Source of the DNA: a virus
Lineage: Duplodnaviria > Caudoviricetes
Length of the DNA: 52,626 bases
Strand: one strand, 5' to 3'
Virus record (IMG/VR): IMGVR_UViG_3300043447_000045
Location: 1-52,626 of that record
Positions within the stretch are counted from its first letter, which is position 1, and the number at the start of each line of letters is the position of its first letter. The translations under genes were made by a program, and so were the position numbers. This document shows positions 43,016-51,715 of this stretch, piece after piece. The notes below the pieces were generated by a model. The model was not told where the DNA came from. It worked only from the letters and a program-made list of their open reading frames with translations, and did not search any database.

Positions 43016-43846
43016 CTAAGCTATAGAGCCGCTAGGCTCCATCCTGCCACACCATCCACTCCAATCCATAGTCCATACGGCATCCATGGTAGCCGCCACC
43101 TTGGCTCTACCATGGACATCGTCGGGAGGCAGCATAATCATACGATTAGCCAAAATAATTAAAAATAAATTATGGTGAAAATAATTATTTTTTAAAGTAG
43201 AAAACGCCTTGTGGACGTGCGTGGAGAAAAAATTTTGCGAGGCTGGAGTGACGGAACCACTGTGGCCAGTGTCGTGGAGCGTGGTTTCCACTATGGACAA
43301 CATAAGTTCAAGGAGATCGAAGTGAGCAGAGGCAAGAAAATTCTCGCGGGCGTAGCAAAAATAATACTGGCGACCGTAGCTGTCCCATCTGATATTCTCT
43401 AAGCGCAGCGCACCATGGTATTGTGTGCGTGGTAGCACGGTAGGCACACCCTTGAGACACTCTTCCTTGGAGCATGGTAGGTATGTAGTCTGCGACAGGA
43501 TGCTTTCATACAGTGGTAGCCAGTTGAACTCGACATCCCTGACCCACTCTTCACTTAGCGTAGTAAGCATACGTGTGGTCTGGCGTAGGAAACGATTGAG
43601 GCCACCCTGATCTACTATATGCTCTATAGCAGTGGGACCAGGGATTCCACAAGGATGCTGGATTATAATGCCACCATGATCACTGTCATCGTCGTCAAAC
43701 GCTATTAACAGCGGTTGATTGACTATATCTGCCAGTTGATACATACGTGCGGGCATAAGATTGGTGCCTGGACCAGTAATCATCTCTAGTGGATTGCGAT
43801 CCTCGTCTGCTATTAGCTGGTAGATGGTAGGTTCAAAGTTTTGCAT
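43016..43846 (-). CDS. degenerate kinase-like (APH/choline kinase fold) protein
   Basis: LPRTQYHGALRLENI resembles HGDLxxxNI but lacks the catalytic Asp; C-terminus overlaps the candidate origin. Confidence 0.45.
   Translation of the reverse strand: MQNFEPTIYQLIADEDRNPLEMITGPGTNLMPARMYQLADIVNQPLLIAFDDDDSDHGGIIIQHPCGIPGPTAIEHIVDQGGLNRFLRQTTRMLTTLSEEWVRDVEFNWLPLYESILSQTTYLPCSKEECLKGVPTVLPRTQYHGALRLENIRWDSYGRQYYFCYARENFLASAHFDLLELMLSIVETTLHDTGHSGSVTPASQNFFSTHVHKAFSTLKNNYFHHNLFLIILANRMIMLPPDDVHGRAKVAATMDAVWTMDWSGWCGRMEPSGSIA
43038..43297. other. candidate bidirectional replication origin
   Basis: GC-skew inversion; AT-rich core 43152-43204; palindrome AAAATAATTATTTT 43178-43191; TCCA cluster on the left, TGGA cluster on the right. 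Confidence 0.6.
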
Positions 43847-43880
43847 GCAAGAAAGTTGACTCCGAGACTTATTAGAGGCT

Positions 43881-43982
43881 TTAGTAGATGAATGGGTCGT
43901 TCTTACGTAAGGCATCTAAGCGTTTCTGGCGTTTACGGCGTTCCCACCATTGCTTGATAAGGGTGATTGGGTTGAAGGTCAT
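43881..43982 (-). CDS. small basic peptide, 33 aa (MTFNPITLIKQWWERRKRQKRLDALRKNDPFIY)
   Basis: ATGA overlap with the upstream stop; GGAG RBS; translated by hand. Confidence 0.65.
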   Translation of the reverse strand: MTFNPITLIKQWWERRKRQKRLDALRKNDPFIY

Positions 43983-44842
43983 AGTTGTATCTCCTTGGTC
44001 GAGGCTTCTACTACTCTGTCTTGGTGGTAGACGCCAGGGTGGGCGTGGACACGACTGTTATAGTGTGGTAACTTATACAGGTCTCTAGCTTGTAGCAGGT
44101 TTATAGAGTCAATAGATTCTATCTGTTCATTAGTCAGACCTTCACGGCCAGTGGTAATCTTGGCTATGTTAGTGTATTGAGCAAAGAAGTTCTGGTATTG
44201 GCCGCGGTCGTGGTGTGGACCAGTTGACATTTGAAAGATAGGTATACCGTAGGCCTTAGCTAGTAGCCCTACTGTGTCTAGATAGTGTCTGAAGAGGTTG
44301 TGCACGTGGCTGTCCTCTAGGATGGTAGTTTCATATGCGGACCGCCAGTATTGTGTATGTTCATTATCTGTTAGGTAGTCAGGTTGTAAATTAACTAACT
44401 GATGATTGCGCCAGTATGTAGCACGGTATAATGGCGGCCAGTTAATGTGAATAGCCCTGGGTTTAGCTGGCGCGGTGGCCAATAGTTTTACTAAGTTGAG
44501 TATCACGAATTTAGGTGTGCCACCGTTCATGGCAGCATTGATATAGTCACAGCCATAGTGTTCGGCGATACGGTAGGCGTATGTTTCTTCGAGTGGTAAG
44601 CCAGTGCCAAACGCATATGAGCAGCCAAGGAATAGGATATAGTTACTCCAGTGGGTTTCATGTAGCTCATGATTCATTCTGTAACCATGGCGATTTAGTT
44701 TATAAGTGAATGGCCTATCATAGAAGCGCCAGCCTGTGCCCCATTGTTCCCGGTTTTTAGCATAACGGTGCTCGTCATCTGAGGGTATGTATGGGTAAAC
44801 ATTGCCTCTATGTACGGTGGGCACAGGGTAGAGGCAGTCCAT
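43979..44842 (-). CDS. SGNH/GDSL-like hydrolase or acyltransferase
   Basis: LNRHGYR, FLGCSYAFG block I, INAAMNGG, HPG block V; TGATG coupling to the radical SAM gene. Confidence 0.65.
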   Translation of the reverse strand: MDCLYPVPTVHRGNVYPYIPSDDEHRYAKNREQWGTGWRFYDRPFTYKLNRHGYRMNHELHETHWSNYILFLGCSYAFGTGLPLEETYAYRIAEHYGCDYINAAMNGGTPKFVILNLVKLLATAPAKPRAIHINWPPLYRATYWRNHQLVNLQPDYLTDNEHTQYWRSAYETTILEDSHVHNLFRHYLDTVGLLAKAYGIPIFQMSTGPHHDRGQYQNFFAQYTNIAKITTGREGLTNEQIESIDSINLLQARDLYKLPHYNSRVHAHPGVYHQDRVVEASTKEIQL

Positions 44843-46242
44843 CAATACTGCTTCCATCTGTGGTATGCTGGCGCTAGGAGGGGGAATGTCTCCAAGAAGT
44901 TGGTGGCACGACGACGGTCGTGCTCGTCTACGAATCTGCAAAAGTCCAGTCTATTACGTATTTTATCACTATCCACACGCTTTGTCAACTCTGTCTCCAA
45001 CATTTCTTTAATACGAACTAATTGATTAACTTCATGCTGGTAAAATCCTTGGTGCTGTAATAGTTGTTTTTCTGGTGACTCAGTGTTGGCGGTCATGAAT
45101 TCAACAGCTTCTACTAACCATGCTAGATGTTCGGGCTCTAAGATGAAAGCAGTCTGATGGGTAGGGTTGCGTAGGAAGGGAATACTTAGTATCACTGGGC
45201 TTTGATCAGTACCAGGCTTAAAGTATCTAAGTTTAAAGTCCAAGACATCCTCTAAGAAACGCAGGTATGTAGGCATGCTTAGAAAGTTATAGGTGCTCAT
45301 AATGATTACCTGTACGGTAGGTAGTAGAGTGAGGGTCTTGTTCATATTGGCCAACCATCCTTGGTAATCCATGCCATTACGAATATACTCGGCGTTAGTG
45401 CCATGGGCCTCGGCAGACGTATAAATCTTAAAGTCTTTGACTAGTTTATTGTCTACAATCTGCTTGACAAGCTCTAAGAATCTATCGTATAATTGATCTG
45501 GCGGGTTCATGTTGGTGTTGACACTAAGAGTTAGGTTAGGGTTAGGGTTGGCAATAATATACTCTAGGACCCTGAATGTATCTTTACTCAAGATAGGCTC
45601 GCCGCCAGTGATGCGGAAGTGCTCTAGGGTTGGGTAAATTTCAGGCCACCACTGCCAGAAAGCCTCTACATAAGGGTTCTCTTGATTGTTAGGGATAGGC
45701 ATCTGCCCAGCGTTCTGGAAGTGATAGAGGCCATTGAACTGAGTAGTTGTAGGGTAGTGGCCATATCGTTGAATCTCGTCCATCCACTGGCTTGATATGT
45801 TAGGACTACAGTAGGAGCACTTGAAGTTACATACATTAGAGAATGATACTTCTAAGTATGATGGAGATACGTTGTCGTCCCATGGCTTGCTCACGATGGT
45901 GTCCAGATGTGGACGGGCCCATGCTTCACTAGACTTAGTAATACGATCACTGTATTGATTAGAGTTGTCCTCTACCTTCCAGCAGTATCCACACTCATGA
46001 GGACGCACACCTTCTAGCATTAGTTTACGCTGTTCTTTCTTGAAGTTAGTATTGTGTAAGGCGGAGACGTTAACCTTAATCTCTTCAAGTGGGACCTTAT
46101 GTGTGCCAGGGTGATGGCAGGAGTGGGTATGGCCATTCTGTAGGTGAATCGTCACCTGCTTCCACTTAGCTACACACATTGAGGGTGAAATCCTATCTAG
46201 TGCTTGTTTAGCTTCCTGGTGTATTTGTGTTATCTTGTTCAT
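44842..46242 (-). CDS. radical SAM protein with N-terminal twitch/SPASM-like cysteines
   Basis: CNFKCSYC (CxxxCxxC), ITGGEP, N-terminal CVAKW...SCHH...CGYCW. Confidence 0.9.
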   Translation of the reverse strand: MNKITQIHQEAKQALDRISPSMCVAKWKQVTIHLQNGHTHSCHHPGTHKVPLEEIKVNVSALHNTNFKKEQRKLMLEGVRPHECGYCWKVEDNSNQYSDRITKSSEAWARPHLDTIVSKPWDDNVSPSYLEVSFSNVCNFKCSYCSPNISSQWMDEIQRYGHYPTTTQFNGLYHFQNAGQMPIPNNQENPYVEAFWQWWPEIYPTLEHFRITGGEPILSKDTFRVLEYIIANPNPNLTLSVNTNMNPPDQLYDRFLELVKQIVDNKLVKDFKIYTSAEAHGTNAEYIRNGMDYQGWLANMNKTLTLLPTVQVIIMSTYNFLSMPTYLRFLEDVLDFKLRYFKPGTDQSPVILSIPFLRNPTHQTAFILEPEHLAWLVEAVEFMTANTESPEKQLLQHQGFYQHEVNQLVRIKEMLETELTKRVDSDKIRNRLDFCRFVDEHDRRRATNFLETFPLLAPAYHRWKQY

Positions 46243-47175
46243 TTAATAAGTCTCTCTGTCCATAATGTTAGTATTGCGCCAGCCTGTTACAATGTATTTT
46301 TTAAATGCCTGGGATTGCGGCGCCTCTATCTCTACTATATCTAGCCCTAGAGCCCTGTTTAGTTCCCCAGCTATACCGCGTGAGTGTTCGTCTGTATCTG
46401 CTTTATGTTGTTCCCATAGCGCATCTAGGGCACTAAAGTCTTGGACCTCACGGTGGTCCCAGTCTCGTAGCATTAGATAGTGTGTGCCTAAACGTGCGCC
46501 ATACATAGCCCACCAGCCATACTCCACGTCACGTCCTAGGCTCCACCAATGCCATAAGTTGCGCATACAGGTAGGCCATACCCACTCCTTAAATGATTGT
46601 CTAGATTGTGGCATCTCACCGGAACGTCCGCATAGCTTTACACCCTCACGAAAGCCAGCCCGCCATGCTTGCTTAGCACTGTAATTAGGGTAAGTCGTCG
46701 AATAGCAGTTGTGCATAGGCCAATACAGTGGGTCATAGCAGAACTCAATGTTAGTATGTGGGTTAAGTGGGTCAGCCGCCTCATGGGTACGCATGTTGTT
46801 GATAAATGTCTTGGTCCAGCATGAAACGCCACCATTGCCATAGTACAATCCATTGACGTGGTTGCGGGAGCGCCAGCGAAACTGAGCATCCCGGTTCGCA
46901 TCAGTGATAGTTAATACCTCATCTAGGAAGCACTCATCAATCATATTGTCGCCATCAATGAGTATGAAGCGTTCAGTATTAGAGGCAGCTGCCGCAGCTT
47001 TGTGTGCCGCATCACTACCCTTGACACCATCTACACGCTGTGCCCATGGCATCATGTTCTTGATCTTGACCCAGAACTCCTCCTTCTGTGGCTCATCGTA
47101 GGAGAGATAGACTACATCTAGGTCTTCTAGATAGATTTGCTCTAAGACAGTTTCTGGGCTATTTGACGATTTCAT
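46243..47175 (-). CDS. glycosyltransferase-like (GT-A) protein
   Basis: DVVYLSYDEP...RVDGVKGSDAAH...FILIDGDN...YGNGG...AWRAGFREGVKL. Confidence 0.65.
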   Translation of the reverse strand: MKSSNSPETVLEQIYLEDLDVVYLSYDEPQKEEFWVKIKNMMPWAQRVDGVKGSDAAHKAAAAASNTERFILIDGDNMIDECFLDEVLTITDANRDAQFRWRSRNHVNGLYYGNGGVSCWTKTFINNMRTHEAADPLNPHTNIEFCYDPLYWPMHNCYSTTYPNYSAKQAWRAGFREGVKLCGRSGEMPQSRQSFKEWVWPTCMRNLWHWWSLGRDVEYGWWAMYGARLGTHYLMLRDWDHREVQDFSALDALWEQHKADTDEHSRGIAGELNRALGLDIVEIEAPQSQAFKKYIVTGWRNTNIMDRETY

Positions 47176-47560
47176 ATACTCGGGTAGTTAATAGATTGTG
47201 CTCCTCGTCATCGCTGACAGGGATACAGACATCATATTTACTAACCTTGTAGCCGTCTGTTGAATTTCTCTCTAGCTTGAATACTTGATGCTTACGATGT
47301 GTGAATACTAGCTGACCATCTAGCACCTTGGCATCATGACGACCTTGAGCATACTGATCCGCAGTAATAGTGATATAATCGCCAGGGATCGCCTGCATAG
47401 TGTATGTAATGATGCTACCATCTGGGTTATAGTATACACGATACTCCGTGGGTGGAGGAGGCGTGGCCTCTGATAAGGTTGACATTAGAGACTCTAAGAG
47501 TGCCTCTTGCTGGTCGGGCGGCAGGGCTTCTAGCTCCTGGAGTAGTTGGTCATTGTTCAT
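47159..47560 (-). CDS. hypothetical protein
   Basis: 133-aa ORF in operon. Confidence 0.7.
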   Translation of the reverse strand: MNNDQLLQELEALPPDQQEALLESLMSTLSEATPPPPTEYRVYYNPDGSIITYTMQAIPGDYITITADQYAQGRHDAKVLDGQLVFTHRKHQVFKLERNSTDGYKVSKYDVCIPVSDDEEHNLLTTRVYEIVK

Positions 47561-48341
47561 TAGCTAGCTCCCTGTTAATGATTGTAGCAAAGTCTTTGTT
47601 ATAGTAGTGTACGGGATACCACTGGTGGTGTGACTGAATACGTAGGGCATGAGGCAGGACTTCATACACTAGCTCATTGTGCCATACTTCTGTTTGTAGA
47701 TTCTGAATCCACCGTTTCATATGGACCATAGAGAAGTCTGTTAGGCTAGACATGGTACAATTCTCTACACCATGTAGGAGGGTGGCGATACCATAGACTA
47801 CATCTGTGGTAGCGTTTTCCTCTGTTGAGTGCTTGAGTGTAGTCTTAACCTCTGACCAGTTTTCGAATACTTCTTTTACTGTGGCGTAGAATCCTTCCGC
47901 TAAGGTGCTCTTTTTAAAGTAAGTCATAGCATTATACACGGAAGGTAAGCCACTGTCAATAAATGTTTGTCTGTAGGCTGGTGAGGTAGATATGTTTCCT
48001 CTATAGTCACGAATTGTAGTACAGATATTGAGGTCACGATCTCTGTGTGCGTCCCACCACCAGTCTACGGAGCGTGGCAGATATAGGTCGGACTCTAGCT
48101 TAATAGTCTCCTGATATGGCGATAGGTTGTATACTTGATAGTCGTCAGCTAGGCGCCATGGTTCTTTAGATACTGAAGTAGTCTTGATAATGTGGTCATA
48201 GCGACTATCAGTGATATCGTGGTCAGTAATTAGGGATACCAGAGCATGTGGCATAGTACGGTGTATGCTGTCAGTTAGGGTGTTGGCGCATGTTATGTAT
48301 TGTTGGTCGCCAGTGGCAACAATAACGAATCCTCTGCTCAT
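47550..48341 (-). CDS. putative glycosyltransferase (GT8-like)
   Basis: RGFVIVA...YNLSPYQETIKLESD...HY. Confidence 0.6.
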   Translation of the reverse strand: MSRGFVIVATGDQQYITCANTLTDSIHRTMPHALVSLITDHDITDSRYDHIIKTTSVSKEPWRLADDYQVYNLSPYQETIKLESDLYLPRSVDWWWDAHRDRDLNICTTIRDYRGNISTSPAYRQTFIDSGLPSVYNAMTYFKKSTLAEGFYATVKEVFENWSEVKTTLKHSTEENATTDVVYGIATLLHGVENCTMSSLTDFSMVHMKRWIQNLQTEVWHNELVYEVLPHALRIQSHHQWYPVHYYNKDFATIINRELANEQ

Positions 48342-49165
48342 TTGTTTCGCTCCTCGTCCGTAGCAATCATATTCATAAACTCAGGCTTGCCCAGCATATG
48401 AAAGTCATGGTCAACTATCTCAATATAGGCTGGACGGAGGCGCCCACGAATATCTACATCATGGGTCAGCTTGAATCTGTTATAGTCTAGCATTTCTACG
48501 GTACCACTAGAGTCTAGGTGCTGTAATTGTCCAGGGATTTGGTCTTCTGGTAGCTCTAACTGGCCATTGACTGTACGCATGGCAATAGTTAGGGCATAGT
48601 CGTTTCTGAACGTATTAGATAGGAACTTGTACAATTCGCCATAGTAGTCATAGTTCTCTTGTATGGTAGTCATCATCTTGAAGATATCCTGGGCACGTTG
48701 CGACTTGCGGAAGCGTAGGACGGTTGCCCAGTATGTGCCTTGGAATACATCTGAGATTAGTTCGTTAGGCTCATGGGCAAAGATATACTTGGCTGAAGTA
48801 TAGCATACAAAGTCACTGGGCAGATCAAATGTCTTTAGTAGTTCCGGGCTGTTTACTATATAGTCAGTATCTAGGACCAAGGTTTCGTCGTATGGAGTTA
48901 AGTCGTATACTAGGTGGCGAGACTTATTGAACCATGACATTTTGTGCATCTTATTAGTACGATCAGGGTCAATTATAATCGTGTGGTCGAACTGATATGA
49001 GCCAGTAATGGATGGTCGGGTCGCAGTAGTATCTAAGGTATTCTTGTCTGTGATAATAGTAACAGGCAGACCTAGGAAGTGGTTGATACGCTTGGCAGCC
49101 CAGCATGCCATGCGATAGTAGTCATTGTTGTTATTGTGGGCAATTAGGATAGCACCTCTAGTCAT
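48338..49165 (-). CDS. putative glycosyltransferase (GT8-like)
   Basis: RGAILIA...YDLTPYDETLVLDTD (DxD)...FRND. Confidence 0.65.
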   Translation of the reverse strand: MTRGAILIAHNNNNDYYRMACWAAKRINHFLGLPVTIITDKNTLDTTATRPSITGSYQFDHTIIIDPDRTNKMHKMSWFNKSRHLVYDLTPYDETLVLDTDYIVNSPELLKTFDLPSDFVCYTSAKYIFAHEPNELISDVFQGTYWATVLRFRKSQRAQDIFKMMTTIQENYDYYGELYKFLSNTFRNDYALTIAMRTVNGQLELPEDQIPGQLQHLDSSGTVEMLDYNRFKLTHDVDIRGRLRPAYIEIVDHDFHMLGKPEFMNMIATDEERNK

Positions 49166-49166
49166 A

Positions 49167-49484
49167 TTATCGCTTAGTAGATAAGGCTTGTAGCTCGGCG
49201 TTCCACTCTAGCATAACTGTGGTATATACTTCTTCTGCAGCGTATAGGAGGTCTTTTACTCGCACTGAGATAGGGTTGCTATAGTCGTCTAGGAGGACTG
49301 CTTTATCAGTAGGCGTGGTGCGTAGATAGGCTAGTAATTCGGTGGTCACTGTAAACTTGCCACCATTGTGTAAGGTCGTTAATCGTGGTAGATACTTCTC
49401 TTTAAGGTATACTTTGGATTCCTGGAAGTGGAAGCGTTCTTTGATGTTGTCAACTAATATGCGAGTAGTTTGAATATCTGACAT
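49167..49484 (-). CDS. hypothetical protein
   Basis: 105-aa ORF, AGGAG RBS, TAAATA at 49504-49509. Confidence 0.72.
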   Translation of the reverse strand: MSDIQTTRILVDNIKERFHFQESKVYLKEKYLPRLTTLHNGGKFTVTTELLAYLRTTPTDKAVLLDDYSNPISVRVKDLLYAAEEVYTTVMLEWNAELQALSTKR

Positions 49485-49535
49485 TGTTTTCTCCTAGATA
49501 GGATATTTACAATGATTTGCTGTGCTCTAGATATT

Positions 49536-50579
49536 TTATTGGGCGGATACTACTTGAGTAACTGAGGGATTTGCCCAGTTCGAGGTATTCTGTAGATAGG
49601 TAGTGGCGGGTTGTTTTACTACTAGGCTAATCTTTGTGCCAGCATTAACAGTAGCGTTATTAGGAACTTCGTCTAGGACGATGGTAAATATAAATCTGCC
49701 TGCTTTATTATACTTGACGCTAAGCACTAAGGTTGTGCCTGTAGAGTAGCCTTGACCAGCGCCATAGTTCTTGTATTTGATTTCGCCATACTGGGTAAAT
49801 AGGGTTAGGTCAGTATCTGCTGTGTATGAGCCGCTAGCGAGATGGTTGAACCCATAAGAGGTACTAGCGATACTACTACGTGGAGCTATGCCAGCGCCGC
49901 CTACTTTAGTGAACCCAGTATAAGCAATATTGCCAATAGCGGTAGTATCACTAGAGATAACCAAGGTGCCGGCATCACTGGCAATATCAGCAATTAGGTT
50001 GTTAATAGTATTATTAACTGTGCCAGCGTGGGCGGCAGAGAACTTGAATTGTCCACCACTGTTAAAGAAGTATCTGGCCTTATCGTGATTAGCAAATGTA
50101 ACTGTAAATGTCACAGTTAGCTTGTCCCGCCATGATTGTGAGGATGTTGCTGTGTAGGCTATGTCTGAACCTTGGGTGGCTGCACGTAGTCTATAGTCTG
50201 TGATTAGCTTTAGGTTATTAGCTATAGCGGTGGTAGCTGAATCAGAGATAGTACGAATACGCTTAGCGTTGCCAGGGTTAGCGTTCTCATCTGAGAATGT
50301 CATGGGTTGTAGATAATCTTGCATGCCCTGGTGGGTGGCTGCTTGACTAATATACTTGATTAACTGTGCCCAGTGAGTGAACTTGATAGGGTCATTGATA
50401 GCTACTAGTGGGAAACTTTGATAGACAGGGTAACCGGCGCCTTCGTTTAGCTGAGTAGTAAGACCATAGCCATAGCTGCCATCACCAGTACTCCAGATTC
50501 TATTTAAGTTATACTGGTTATTGGTAATGTAGCCATTGATATCTGGCGCTATGATCTTGTTTGAGGCGGAGTAGGTCAT
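49536..50579 (-). CDS. virion structural protein, paralog 1 (ARYFFNxGG family)
   Basis: LNRIW..G....GYG, HQG, F...D.ARYFFNSGGQ. Confidence 0.7.
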   Translation of the reverse strand: MTYSASNKIIAPDINGYITNNQYNLNRIWSTGDGSYGYGLTTQLNEGAGYPVYQSFPLVAINDPIKFTHWAQLIKYISQAATHQGMQDYLQPMTFSDENANPGNAKRIRTISDSATTAIANNLKLITDYRLRAATQGSDIAYTATSSQSWRDKLTVTFTVTFANHDKARYFFNSGGQFKFSAAHAGTVNNTINNLIADIASDAGTLVISSDTTAIGNIAYTGFTKVGGAGIAPRSSIASTSYGFNHLASGSYTADTDLTLFTQYGEIKYKNYGAGQGYSTGTTLVLSVKYNKAGRFIFTIVLDEVPNNATVNAGTKISLVVKQPATTYLQNTSNWANPSVTQVVSAQ

Positions 50580-50591
50580 ATGTTCTTATTC

Positions 50592-51701
50592 TTATGATGA
50601 TAGCGAAGTATCCGCAGTGATGGTAGGCGTGATCCAGTTGTCTAGTACGCCATAGTTATTAGCTGGTTGTCTGAGTGTTAGGGTAGAGTAGGTGCCTGCT
50701 TGAACGGCTAGGTTGTTAGGCACCTCATCTACTGTAACTGTAATAGTCATAGTGCCTGCTTTATCGTAGGAGGCATCTACTGAGTAATTGGTAGCGGCGC
50801 CACTGTAGCCACCACCTGCGCCGTATCTTCTGCCACCAGGGTTAGTTGTATAGCCCATGTCACTGTATTGAGTATGTAGTCTAACTGTGGTATTAGCTGT
50901 ATAAGAACTGCCATAGAAGTAATAGAAGCCATAGTTAGCATCTGCTAGGACGCTTCTAGGCGCAGTGCCGGTGCCACCAACTTTAACTAAGCCTGTGTAA
51001 TTGATGCCAGAGATTCTAACTACGCCAGAGTTAGGTGAGGTAGAGGTAGGACTAGAGATAATTAAGGTGCCAGCATCGCCACACAAATCAGCAATTAGGT
51101 TGTTGATAGTGTTGGCAATAGTAGCGCCATGGCCACTGTTGATAGCGATTTGACCACCGTTGTTGAAAAAGTATCTGGCGGCATCTGCTGAGCCAAAGTT
51201 GACTGTAAACTTAGCTACAAACTTGTCTGACCATGTGGTCGATAGACTAGCCGTACTAGTAATGTTGTATGGAGATTGGAAGGCTGCGTTTAGTCTGTTA
51301 GTGTATAAGGTTTGAATGTTAGTATCAATCTTAGCAGGTACAGAAGCAAAGTCTGCAGCACCTACTTTATAGTCTTCTTGTGGTACTTCACCAGCTGACT
51401 TAGTGTTGTCTAGACCGAATCTAAGTGTTGATAGTGGGTGTGGTAAGGTAGTGCCTTGATGCAGTGCGATAACAGGGATTTGAGATGGAACAAACGCCCA
51501 GTGTACTTTACGAATCTTATCGCCAGGTGCGACTGTAGGAAAGTTAGCGTAGGCAGCTTCACCGTCGGCTAGAATCATCTTTAGGCCATAGCCATAGTCG
51601 TCAGCTCCAGCGCCCCATAGCTTGTCTAGGTTGTAGGAGTTAGTACTACCATAACTATTGATATCACCAACGGAGATTGATTTGCCTACTTCGTATGCCA
51701 T
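50592..51701 (-). CDS. virion structural protein, paralog 2 (ARYFFNxGG family)
   Basis: LDKLWG.G..DYGYG, HQG, ARYFFNNGGQ, INNLIADL. Confidence 0.7.
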   Translation of the reverse strand: MAYEVGKSISVGDINSYGSTNSYNLDKLWGAGADDYGYGLKMILADGEAAYANFPTVAPGDKIRKVHWAFVPSQIPVIALHQGTTLPHPLSTLRFGLDNTKSAGEVPQEDYKVGAADFASVPAKIDTNIQTLYTNRLNAAFQSPYNITSTASLSTTWSDKFVAKFTVNFGSADAARYFFNNGGQIAINSGHGATIANTINNLIADLCGDAGTLIISSPTSTSPNSGVVRISGINYTGLVKVGGTGTAPRSVLADANYGFYYFYGSSYTANTTVRLHTQYSDMGYTTNPGGRRYGAGGGYSGAATNYSVDASYDKAGTMTITVTVDEVPNNLAVQAGTYSTLTLRQPANNYGVLDNWITPTITADTSLSS

Positions 51702-51715
51702 TTTCCGTTCGCTTC

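Noticed and set aside
28730-44941. Extended N-termini in the ORF track (starts at 29212, 30986, 32647, 33049, 34202, 34212, 36754, 38868, 43915, 44941)
   Set aside because: They overlap upstream genes or promoters; downstream ATGs with an RBS, gene coupling or less overlap fit better.
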